Positions 6,665 through 14,469 of a DNA stretch of 24,000 nucleotides are shown here, in pieces. The notes under the pieces were generated by a model. It made no database searches and had not been told where the DNA came from. It saw only the letters and a list, made by a program, of their open reading frames with translations. The translations under genes were made by a program, and so were the position numbers. How positions within the stretch are numbered: position 1 is the first letter of the stretch; every line of letters starts with the position of its first letter. Source of the DNA: Methanohalobium evestigatum Z-7303 (GTDB lineage Archaea > Halobacteriota > Methanosarcinia > Methanosarcinales > Methanosarcinaceae); NCBI RefSeq assembly GCF_000196655.1, contig NC_014253.1:1295423-1319422 (forward strand), written 5' to 3'.

Positions 6665-8315
6665 AAAATTGCAGCAGAGATTCTACACCTATATCAGTTA
6701 CTACCGCGACCAATCCAGAGATCCATACCATTATCACAAAATCCGTTGATGCTCGTAAAAAACTTCCTCCATCTATAACCCTTATAAGCAGTGCTGATAT
6801 CAATGAATGAGCTACCATAATAACCATAACCAGCATTGTAAGCAATCCAAGGTCTCCAATATTGGTATGCAGAATCATGCTCATGGACATATTAGATGGC
6901 ATATCAATTCCATAAAACATATCCTGCATGATTTCCACAACACCAACCGATATGTTAAGAGTAAAACCTATTCCTGCAGTCAAACCATAAAGCACACCAA
7001 CAAAACTGGAAGCGGTTTGATACCTTTTTTTCCTGAGTGTAACCATTCGGTGGAAATTGGTAGCAATGATGTTACCGATGGTATCCGGTTTACCACCAAG
7101 ATTTGTAGCCTCCACAAACATAGAACAGAAATGTTGTATAAGGTTACTGCCTGTACTGGCAGCAAACCAGTACCATGATTTTATTTTATTAATCCTTAAA
7201 ATCAAACGTTTATACAGTTCATTAACATCATTGGTAAGAGGACCGAAATCATGAAGCCTCAGGGATTTCAAAGCATCATCAATCATGTTGCCTTTTGCAC
7301 CTGCAGAACTTCCGAGTGAACGGATAAATGCTGGAAAGTTTTCATCTTTTCTCTGGATGGTGGTTTCTATTTTTTTGGTAACATAACCTGTATAAACAAG
7401 TGGAGTTAAAGCAAGTGCTATCGAAATAGGCATAGGAAGTCCATCATATAGTAAAATGATAAGTGTCATAAAAAGACAGCCTGCAACAGAAATAGGAATA
7501 GTTCTGTATATTCTGGTTATGTCTTCAGTATATGATTGTTTCTGCTGCCATAGTGGGTCATCCGGAACCACGCTTCTTGTAAACAACAGTACAAAAACAT
7601 CAGTCGCAATAAAAACAATAACCACCACCGCCATGAGAACTACTGCACTCATTCCTGTTAAAATTGGTGTAATTACAGCAAATGATGCCAAGAATATCAT
7701 AGAAATTACAAGAGATACAAAAAGTTCCTTGATAACATCTATCATATATAAGGAACTGTAGTACATGGATTCATATTCGTTCATGACCACGTTCTGTTCA
7801 GTTGATAGAAATTCATTAACGTTTTCTCCCGAATGCAGGGCATGCGCAAACCTATCGAGAAAATCTTCGAAAATAACAGATGGGGTTCTTTTTGACACAA
7901 ATTTACATGCATCACCAAGGTTGAGATTCCATACTGAAACAAGGTTGTATATTTCACGGTTCTCCTCTGCAAGGTCCTGAAAATCTTCATTTTTTGATAC
8001 AATTCGTATAACATCGATTCTTGGTGTGTTAGCAGTTGCTACTGCCCCCATCTGGGTAATATAATAATGCATATTGTTGTTAATGCGAGTTTTTTGAGCA
8101 TTGACTATGTATATGGGGTAGGAAAACACTATGATTGTACAGATTATAGGGATTAAGATAAGGATTGATATGAATGGACCAGTAAACAGCCAGGGTACAA
8201 TGAGATAGATAAGTACAGACGTTAATATACCAAAAAATACGAGAGGGATTGCATATTTTTTTATATAAAATGAAGGCTCCATATCGAGCCGTTTAAACAT
8301 TCTACTGATATTCAT
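6663..8315 (-). CDS. arlJ: archaellum polytopic membrane platform protein ArlJ (FlaJ)
   Basis: 550 aa with many TM helices interrupted by two soluble T2SF/TadC-like regions. It is the last gene of the arl operon, directly after arlI. Confidence 0.88.
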   Translation of the reverse strand: MNISRMFKRLDMEPSFYIKKYAIPLVFFGILTSVLIYLIVPWLFTGPFISILILIPIICTIIVFSYPIYIVNAQKTRINNNMHYYITQMGAVATANTPRIDVIRIVSKNEDFQDLAEENREIYNLVSVWNLNLGDACKFVSKRTPSVIFEDFLDRFAHALHSGENVNEFLSTEQNVVMNEYESMYYSSLYMIDVIKELFVSLVISMIFLASFAVITPILTGMSAVVLMAVVVIVFIATDVFVLLFTRSVVPDDPLWQQKQSYTEDITRIYRTIPISVAGCLFMTLIILLYDGLPMPISIALALTPLVYTGYVTKKIETTIQRKDENFPAFIRSLGSSAGAKGNMIDDALKSLRLHDFGPLTNDVNELYKRLILRINKIKSWYWFAASTGSNLIQHFCSMFVEATNLGGKPDTIGNIIATNFHRMVTLRKKRYQTASSFVGVLYGLTAGIGFTLNISVGVVEIMQDMFYGIDMPSNMSMSMILHTNIGDLGLLTMLVMVIMVAHSLISALLIRVIDGGSFLRASTDFVIMVWISGLVAVVTDIGVESLLQF

Positions 8316-8330
8316 CCATATACCCCTCTA

Positions 8331-9992
8331 TTATACACTGAATGGCAATCCTTCGAGACCGTATTTGTAAAATTTCTTAATTATATCATAAACCTCGTAA
8401 TAACCTTCTATACCCCTGTTCTGCATTTCTTCCAGAATTCTTGCTCTTAAAAACAAATCATCATAGACTCGTCTTTTATCCTCATAACCAAGTATTGAAG
8501 CAATCTTACTTTCAAGTACGAAACTGTTGTTCAGCCCACGGAAATGATGAATATCATATTCAGGGTCCCATTCAAACACTCCTCTTGTAACAACTCCGTT
8601 GGATTCTTCAGAATATCCTTCAATTTCTTCAATAGAAATACATCTTCTCAGAACTTCTCCTTTTCTATAAACAGCCTGCAGAATCATGGTCACCTGCAGG
8701 TTGTCAATGAATGTGATAGGTACATTTATTGGATGACCGGTCAATCTTTGAATTAGTTTTTTAACAGATGCGGCGTGGAACGTTGATACGACCGGGTGAC
8801 CAGTCTGCATAGCCTGGAATGCTACCGAACCTTCAACACCACGAATCTCACCGACAATAATGTAATTTGGTCTGGATCTCAATGCCGCTTTCAGCAGTGT
8901 ATAGAGTTCAACACGTGATTCTTCAGGACCCTCTTCACGCGTGAGCAATTGTTGCCAGACATCCTGAGGTGGCTGAACTTCTGATGTATCTTCAGCAGAA
9001 TATACCTTTGACCAGGGGTTTATAAATGCCAGACAGGCATTCAGCATAGTCGTTTTACCACTTGCTGTTTCACCACTGAAGAAAACACTCATACCGTTTT
9101 CAAAACACATCCAGATATAAGCAGCCATTTCTGTGTTGATGGAACCAAAATTCATTAACTGGATAATGCTTATTGGCGTATCACTGAATTTACGCATCGT
9201 GAAACTGCTACCCTGAAGACTTATATCCGTACTGTAAATCATGTTGATACGTGAACCATCAGGGAGAGCACCATCAGAGATGGGGCTAGCATCGTTAACA
9301 GGTCTTCCGATCCGTTCACTCATACTCCTGAACCAGTCGTCAAGCCTTGAATCATCCCCAAAATGAATATTGGTTTTTATCATGTCGAGAATCTTATGGA
9401 CAATATAAACGCCATTAACACCGACACTGTGGATATCTTCAAGGTAAGGGTCTCGTATAACGGGTTCAAGCGGTCCGGAACCTATAACGTTCCTTTCTAT
9501 ATGATAGAGCAATTTGTTGTATTCATTCTGAGTCAGAGGTATCTGTTCACTTGAAGGTATCAGTTTCTGTACCATCCCGAGTTTTCCTTTTTCCTCTGGA
9601 AGTTCGCCACCTGAACCCACGTCCACTGATTCATTTAACAGTTCTATAATAAGGTCTTTGAGTTCACTTTCTGATTCAGGAACAGGTTTTTTTGCTGATT
9701 TTTCAAGGATAGCGTTCATTACAGCATCATATTTTTTCCTCTCGCTGGATGTAAGGGTAGGTTCAATAGCATAATACCGAGCTTGACCCATTTGAGGAGT
9801 TCCATAAAGATGAATAAATACAGGATCACCTACAGGAAGAATAATGTTTACATTTTCTGCGGATATGTCCTTTGTCAGATTTACCCTGAACTCCGGTATA
9901 GTACCTGTTTTTTTCTGGAAATTTTTTATGTACTCAGCCAGATGAGGATTTCTCTGTAGAGATTTCTTAAATTCAGGATCAATTTCCGCCAA
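8331..9992 (-). CDS. arlI: archaellum assembly/motor ATPase ArlI (FlaI), type II/IV secretion ATPase family
   Basis: 553 aa. Walker A FFSGETASGKTTMLNA, Walker B YIIVGEIRGVEG and His box TGHPVVSTFHA are present. The start is TTG at 9992. An in-frame TGA four codons upstream excludes an earlier start, and GAGGT lies 6 nt upstream. Confidence 0.95.
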   Translation of the reverse strand: MAEIDPEFKKSLQRNPHLAEYIKNFQKKTGTIPEFRVNLTKDISAENVNIILPVGDPVFIHLYGTPQMGQARYYAIEPTLTSSERKKYDAVMNAILEKSAKKPVPESESELKDLIIELLNESVDVGSGGELPEEKGKLGMVQKLIPSSEQIPLTQNEYNKLLYHIERNVIGSGPLEPVIRDPYLEDIHSVGVNGVYIVHKILDMIKTNIHFGDDSRLDDWFRSMSERIGRPVNDASPISDGALPDGSRINMIYSTDISLQGSSFTMRKFSDTPISIIQLMNFGSINTEMAAYIWMCFENGMSVFFSGETASGKTTMLNACLAFINPWSKVYSAEDTSEVQPPQDVWQQLLTREEGPEESRVELYTLLKAALRSRPNYIIVGEIRGVEGSVAFQAMQTGHPVVSTFHAASVKKLIQRLTGHPINVPITFIDNLQVTMILQAVYRKGEVLRRCISIEEIEGYSEESNGVVTRGVFEWDPEYDIHHFRGLNNSFVLESKIASILGYEDKRRVYDDLFLRARILEEMQNRGIEGYYEVYDIIKKFYKYGLEGLPFSV

Positions 9993-10024
9993 TATGTAAC
10001 CTCATAACCGTTTTTTAGATAATA

Positions 10025-10720
10025 TCAAGATACAGCCGCAATTTCAACAACAAGACCAACTTTAGGTTCTATCCTTATGCCGATTATATCACCAATAGTT
10101 GCTTGTGCTCCTATAAACTTATTAACAGTCAACATTCGCCTTACCTGATTTGACATCTGCTTAACGTTAAGCGACAGGTTGATGTCTGAAGATGAACGAA
10201 GCATAGTAACAATTTCCTCATCAAGGCTGCCAGGTTCAAGCGTCATGATAATTGTTTTATCCATTCCGTTGAGCCTTTTGAAAAAAGATACAAGGTCAAA
10301 ACCCTTTTCACTGTTGACACTGTTTTTAATTAAAGACGATATAGTATCGATGATTATAACATCTTTTTCAAAAAGATCTTCAGCATTCATGAGCTTTTGA
10401 ATAAAATCCATACTCTGTCTTGTATTTTTCACCAGTGGGATTACCGGTATGTAGAGCATATTCCCGTTTAAAAGATGAGAGGATATCTGATAATCAAGGG
10501 AATACATCTGATTGATAAAGCCCTTGGTTGTCATCTGGGTGGATATATACGTCACACTTGTCTCGTTTTCTGCTAAACCGTAAGCAATACGCTGGGATAC
10601 AATACTTTTTCCGGAACCACTGACCCCTTCTATCAACACAAGCGAGTCTTCGGGAAATCCGCTACCCAGTTTTTCATTAAAATTATCTCTTGATATTTGA
10701 AAGGAGCGAAGTTGAACCAT
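10025..10720 (-). CDS. arlH: archaellum KaiC-like ATP-binding protein ArlH (FlaH)
   Basis: 231 aa with a RecA/KaiC-like fold signature, Walker A LIEGVSGSGKS and Walker B VIIIDTISSL. Position is between arlG and arlI. Confidence 0.9.
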   Translation of the reverse strand: MVQLRSFQISRDNFNEKLGSGFPEDSLVLIEGVSGSGKSIVSQRIAYGLAENETSVTYISTQMTTKGFINQMYSLDYQISSHLLNGNMLYIPVIPLVKNTRQSMDFIQKLMNAEDLFEKDVIIIDTISSLIKNSVNSEKGFDLVSFFKRLNGMDKTIIMTLEPGSLDEEIVTMLRSSSDINLSLNVKQMSNQVRRMLTVNKFIGAQATIGDIIGIRIEPKVGLVVEIAAVS

Positions 10721-10729
10721 ATTATATCC

Positions 10730-11230
10730 TCATGTTTTAAAATCAATTGTATCAGAAATACCATTATCAGAAACTACTTTTAACCCGTGATCTCCTGAAT
10801 TAAGTTCACCGCCTGTAGTTACATTTACAATTAACACACCCAGGGGTTTCCATGTTTCACCACTATCCTGCAAACTCAAGTTTAGATTTTTATCCTGTAT
10901 GTACTCCCCATCCAAAATCACATTTACATATTCAAGAGCAATATCAGATTTACCTGTATTTTTAACGTAAAATGTATAATAATCAGAAGTACTGTTATAG
11001 GGAATTACTTCAGGGTCACTTATAATTGTGATGTCAGTCTTTAACTGATCAGATACCACATCACTATTTGTGGATGCAGCTCCCATGATTGACTCAACAT
11101 TTACCGATAGTACACCTGCAACACCTACGGCTATAATAACCGCTGCAATGAAAAATATCATGTGTGATACAGCTGTATCACCATTTTCATCGTTTAGGAT
11201 TAAATGTAATTTGGATGTTTCATCCTGCAT
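10730..11230 (-). CDS. arlG: archaellum stator-associated protein ArlG (FlaG)
   Basis: 166 aa. A single N-terminal hydrophobic helix (SHMIFFIAAVIIAVGVAGVL) is followed by a beta-rich archaellin-like domain. Its operon position after arlF is the canonical order. Confidence 0.75.
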   Translation of the reverse strand: MQDETSKLHLILNDENGDTAVSHMIFFIAAVIIAVGVAGVLSVNVESIMGAASTNSDVVSDQLKTDITIISDPEVIPYNSTSDYYTFYVKNTGKSDIALEYVNVILDGEYIQDKNLNLSLQDSGETWKPLGVLIVNVTTGGELNSGDHGLKVVSDNGISDTIDFKT

Positions 11231-11252
11231 TTATGTCACCGTTTTTTAGATT

Positions 11253-11687
11253 TTAAATTGGATAAGTTGCATAATCTGAAATTCCGTTTTCTGTTGTTAC
11301 TTTTACCCGATGCTCACTTGCAGAACCTTTTGAGATATTATTAATTGTGAAATTCCTAATTTTATCAGGTGTCCAGGTATCAGGTGAAGATGTAGAATAT
11401 GACATCAGTGTGCCGTTAATGAGAACATCAAGTTTACCAGAATCAAGAGTAACACTTCCACTGTTTGAAACTGTAACAGTTAGATTATACGTATCGCTGG
11501 AATTGTCAGTTGTTGTATTTGTAATATTTAAATCGGTTTGCAAACGTTTGACCTGCATTTCATGTTTCAGGTCAGTGGCTTCATCAATTCTCTCTTCTGA
11601 AGCACTAATTACGGTATAAGCGGATGTTCCAAGTATAATGGCGGATACGAAAAATATAGCAATCACTGCCGCAGTTTCAAACCCCAT
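11253..11687 (-). CDS. arlF: archaellum stator-associated protein ArlF (FlaF)
   Basis: 144 aa. It has an archaellin-like N-terminus (MGFETAAVIAIFFVSAIILGTSAY) and a beta-rich domain with N-glycosylation sequons (NITN, NLT, NGT, NFT). Position is between arlCDE and arlG. Confidence 0.75.
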   Translation of the reverse strand: MGFETAAVIAIFFVSAIILGTSAYTVISASEERIDEATDLKHEMQVKRLQTDLNITNTTTDNSSDTYNLTVTVSNSGSVTLDSGKLDVLINGTLMSYSTSSPDTWTPDKIRNFTINNISKGSASEHRVKVTTENGISDYATYPI

Positions 11688-11693
11688 AAAACT

Positions 11694-12818
11694 TTAAACT
11701 CCGTTTTTTATTTTCGATAACTCACTATCAATATTATCACTTGTTTGGCTATTTTCTACTCGATGTCCGCTCATTTTTTCAATAAACATGAGTGATTTTG
11801 TATGGTCATCAGGGGTCAATTCCCAGTCATCTTTTTCTGTATAATAATCCATACCTTTTGCATAATTCAGAATATCAGAAAATACCTCTTCACTAATCCA
11901 TCCGATGTTTACGTAATATCTCAATGCCTCTTGAAGATGATTACCGCCGACACGCTCGATAAGATATTCAATCCAGTTGAAAATTGCTATCATGGTAGTA
12001 GGTTCTTTTTCTATAGAACCAAGTATAACTGATGGATTCTCTGCACTTTCTTCTTCATCCTGATAAATAACGTTATACTGGTTTTCTGAAGGTTCATACG
12101 TCTTAGATAAATCTATTTTTTCCAGTATATCAACACGGTCTGATATCTCATCAGTTGATTGTTTCAGTGTGGACAAGTTTTCATTTAATTCATCGTATTT
12201 TTCAAACAATTCATTTGTCTTTGATGTTAGATCATCAATTTTTGAATGAAGTTTATTGATACCCTGGGTATCAAATTTCTGGTAAAGTGCATCAAGGTCG
12301 TTTTTAAGCATTGTCGCATAATTTCCAATTTCATTTATGCGCTCTTCATTTTTTTCAAAACGTTCAATGTACTCGCTTCCACCTTCGTTATCGCCCACAA
12401 ATGGGTTTACCTGGTTGGAAACAATTTCATAAAGTGATAACAGTTCTACAACGCTCTGATCAATTTTGTCTATTGTCTTTTTTAATTCTTGGTTTTCTCT
12501 CTGCACAGTAGATATATTTGCGTCCACTTTAGACATTCTGGACTCTACTGTCTTAATTTTCTGGGCGTTATTCTCGACTTGTTCATTGTTTGCCTGACCA
12601 GTTTGTCCTGATTCAGCAGGAACTCCTCCCTCAAGGTCGGGTACATCCCCAAAACCAGATGGTCCGACAGATGCCGGTTGCTCTCCAGTTAATTCGGACA
12701 GGTCTGGAACATCCCCAAAATCCTGTGGTTCCTGTGAAAACGGTGAGCTGTCCTGGTCTCCAGAACCCTTTTCACCCCTCCTGGGAATTATATTTTTTAA
12801 CTTGTCCTTGAATCCCAT
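11694..12818 (-). CDS. arlCDE: archaellum accessory protein ArlC/D/E fusion (FlaC-type coiled coil plus FlaD/E domain)
   Basis: 374 aa with three parts: an acidic, disordered N-terminus carrying two FGDVPDL motifs, a long coiled coil (VESRMSKVDANISTVQRENQELKKTIDKIDQ...), and a C-terminal FlaD/E-like domain (MIAIFNWIEYLIERVGGNHLQEALRYYVNIGWISEEVFSDILNYAKG). It is the first gene of the arl string. Confidence 0.8.
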   Translation of the reverse strand: MGFKDKLKNIIPRRGEKGSGDQDSSPFSQEPQDFGDVPDLSELTGEQPASVGPSGFGDVPDLEGGVPAESGQTGQANNEQVENNAQKIKTVESRMSKVDANISTVQRENQELKKTIDKIDQSVVELLSLYEIVSNQVNPFVGDNEGGSEYIERFEKNEERINEIGNYATMLKNDLDALYQKFDTQGINKLHSKIDDLTSKTNELFEKYDELNENLSTLKQSTDEISDRVDILEKIDLSKTYEPSENQYNVIYQDEEESAENPSVILGSIEKEPTTMIAIFNWIEYLIERVGGNHLQEALRYYVNIGWISEEVFSDILNYAKGMDYYTEKDDWELTPDDHTKSLMFIEKMSGHRVENSQTSDNIDSELSKIKNGV

Positions 12819-12853
12819 ATATAATCAGTCACATTACAAAATATATTAACCTC

Positions 12854-12868
12854 GTATATATATTTTTA
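12854..12868 (-). promoter_or_regulatory. candidate TATA box of the arl operon promoter
   Basis: The minus strand reads TAAAAATATATATAC about 40 nt upstream of the arlCDE ATG. This is the only evidence, and the whole leader is AT-rich, so the call is weak. Confidence 0.25.
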
Positions 12869-12977
12869 CCATTAAGTCCATTTAATTTTATGAAAGTTCT
12901 CATAAAAATAAATTAATTCTATTATATATTTTTATCCATGTTCAACCAATGTGCATATCATCCAACCTGACTACTCT

Positions 12978-13228
12978 CCCACGACTGAACAGGCTGTCCG
13001 ACAATTAATATTAAAGTGGATATCTTATACAAAAGGACCTACCAAGTAACATAAATTATCAGTCCTGATTGTTTCTCTTATATCAAGTGACAGCATCCGT
13101 GACTGGTTTTTGGATTATTGGATAAATGCTATTGATACATAAATTAATTTTTAATCTACATTTATTTAAATAGTAAATAAAAATAGATTGACAGTATCGA
13201 ATTGTCGGACAGGGTCTTTAGTCGTTGG
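12978..13228. repeat. inverted-repeat-bounded AT-rich element (MITE-like, or paired regulatory sites) in the arl leader
   Basis: CTGTCCGACAATT (12994-13006) and AATTGTCGGACAG (13200-13212) are perfect 13-nt reverse complements. Extended arms 12981-13006 / 13200-13225 match at 22/26, with two further matching bases beyond one flanking mismatch. The arms enclose 193 bp of AT-rich sequence. Confidence 0.45.
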
Positions 13229-13259
13229 CTTTCACGTACCCCTGTTGCCCCACTTTCGT

Positions 13260-13266
13260 AAAAAAA
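13260..13266 (-). terminator. oligo-T terminator after the KaiC-like/REC gene
   Basis: A T7 run on the minus strand lies about 30 nt downstream of the stop at 13295-13297. Confidence 0.35.
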
Positions 13267-13294
13267 GAAGTTAAAACGATTTTAAAAACATCAA

Positions 13295-14353
13295 TTAAAG
13301 GTTTTTCCATCCGTATCTTTTCATAACCATTTTAATTCTTGCATTAAGTTCCCGTTCATCAAATGGTTTGGATATATAGTCGTCGATTCCAAGTTCCATA
13401 CCTTTCAACTTGTCCTCAACTCTGGTTTTTGCTGACACCATTATAATTGCTATATCCCTCGTGGATTTATCTTTGTTCAGTTCCTCAACGACTTCATACC
13501 CGTCCATATCCGGCATCATTATATCAAGCAAAATAAGGTCTGGAAGTTCCTGAAGTGTCATGTCTACAGCCTGTTCACCGCTGTAGGCGACAATGAAATC
13601 ATAGGGTTCATTAGATAATGAAAGTTTTATAAGTTCAGGTATGTCTGGTTCGTCATCCACAATAAGGATTTTTAATCGGTCTCTTTTAATCTTTTTCTGT
13701 ATATATTCAAAATTAATTTTACCATCACTTATTGTGTAGGACACATGCAGACTTTTCAAACCGATTTCAGCATGCATTTCGCCAGAATTTGTGATGTCAA
13801 TAACAACGTCAAAAAACGATTTAATTAAACCTTCGTTTTCAGAACTCAATACTTCCTTGCCAAGCAGGGTCACTATTGTTCCATTACTGTTGGTCACAGT
13901 TTTTTCGACGAATTTGATGAAATTCTCAACAACCTGCAAACTATCTTTTGTCAGTATATTCATATCATCGATAACAAGAATTGCACCCGGATAATCATTG
14001 AAAAGTTTGGAAATATGCGACCCCATTTTTGTGTAATCGGTCTGTGACTCACAGTACAATGTGTTCTTCTCGGGTTCTTTTCCGGGTTTTTTTATATCGA
14101 TAAACCACATCCGGTCAGAGTATTCCTGAACATCGAATCCGTATTCAGCAAATGTATTCAAAACCTTGTTTCTGGGTTTTTTCAATGATAACCATACAAC
14201 AGTTTGCTCAGGGTCGTTTTCAAGAACACTGTAAATGTAGAAATAGATTATTCTTTCACTTGAAACACCTACAGGTGCCAAAAACAATGTACTTTTCGAA
14301 ATCAGTTCATCACGAAGAGTGTTTACGATTTCTTGAGTTTCATCAGATTCCAT
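13295..14353 (-). CDS. hybrid response regulator: N-terminal P-loop-degenerate KaiC/ArlH(RecA)-like domain plus C-terminal receiver (REC) domain
   Basis: 352 aa. The C-terminal 120 aa form a canonical REC domain (LIVDDEPD, phospho-acceptor in LILLDIMMPDMDG, IIMVSAK, DYISKPF). The N-terminal 225 aa or so have KaiC-like spacing with a Walker-B-like AILVIDDMNIL. Where ArlH has GVSGSGKS, this protein reads PVGVSSER, so the Lys is replaced by Glu. Confidence 0.85.
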   Translation of the reverse strand: MESDETQEIVNTLRDELISKSTLFLAPVGVSSERIIYFYIYSVLENDPEQTVVWLSLKKPRNKVLNTFAEYGFDVQEYSDRMWFIDIKKPGKEPEKNTLYCESQTDYTKMGSHISKLFNDYPGAILVIDDMNILTKDSLQVVENFIKFVEKTVTNSNGTIVTLLGKEVLSSENEGLIKSFFDVVIDITNSGEMHAEIGLKSLHVSYTISDGKINFEYIQKKIKRDRLKILIVDDEPDIPELIKLSLSNEPYDFIVAYSGEQAVDMTLQELPDLILLDIMMPDMDGYEVVEELNKDKSTRDIAIIMVSAKTRVEDKLKGMELGIDDYISKPFDERELNARIKMVMKRYGWKNL

Positions 14354-14443
14354 ATGTTAACCCTGATTTACAATGTAGTGTATATAATTTGTTTTTGTTT
14401 TCATATTAATGTTTGGGATTTGTCCCATAATGATGATTATTTA

Positions 14444-14469
14444 AGCAGTTATAAAAATTTATAACTGCT
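14444..14469 (-). terminator. 26-bp perfect palindrome overlapping the alaS stop codon (possible terminator hairpin)
   Basis: AGCAGTTATAAA-AA-TTTATAACTGCT has 12-bp arms. It includes the last alaS codons and the TAA (14459-14461), and the loop region contains a T5 run on the minus strand. Confidence 0.35.

Noticed and set aside
6807-8014. Plus- and minus-strand short ORFs inside arlJ (6807..7178, 7057..7254, 7456..7761, 7765..7980, 6980..7165, 7781..8014)
   Set aside because: They are embedded in the arlJ coding frame, with no independent signals. They are considered frame shadows.
13117-13128. TTTTTGGATTAT in the arl leader, sharing a 10-mer with the dtxR-promoter half site (3570-3579)
   Set aside because: It is one isolated half site without a palindromic partner, in AT-rich DNA. 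This is too weak to claim iron control of motility.
13136-13141. TACATA hexamer, the EarA-type archaellum activator box known from Methanococcus, in the arl leader
   Set aside because: It is a single 6-mer in a 476-bp AT-rich region and is expected by chance. I noticed no cluster of repeated boxes.
13201-13260. Locally GC-richer patch (..GGCTTTCACGTACCCCTGTTGCCCCACTTTCG..), considered as a tRNA or small RNA gene
   Set aside because: I could not fold any cloverleaf or convincing stem-loop by eye. Part of the patch is explained as the right arm of the inverted repeat and part as the 3' UTR of the REC gene.
14429-14435. ATGATGA (box C-like) in the alaS / REC-gene spacer, considered as a C/D box sRNA
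   Set aside because: No CTGA D or D' boxes occur at the required spacing downstream on that strand.
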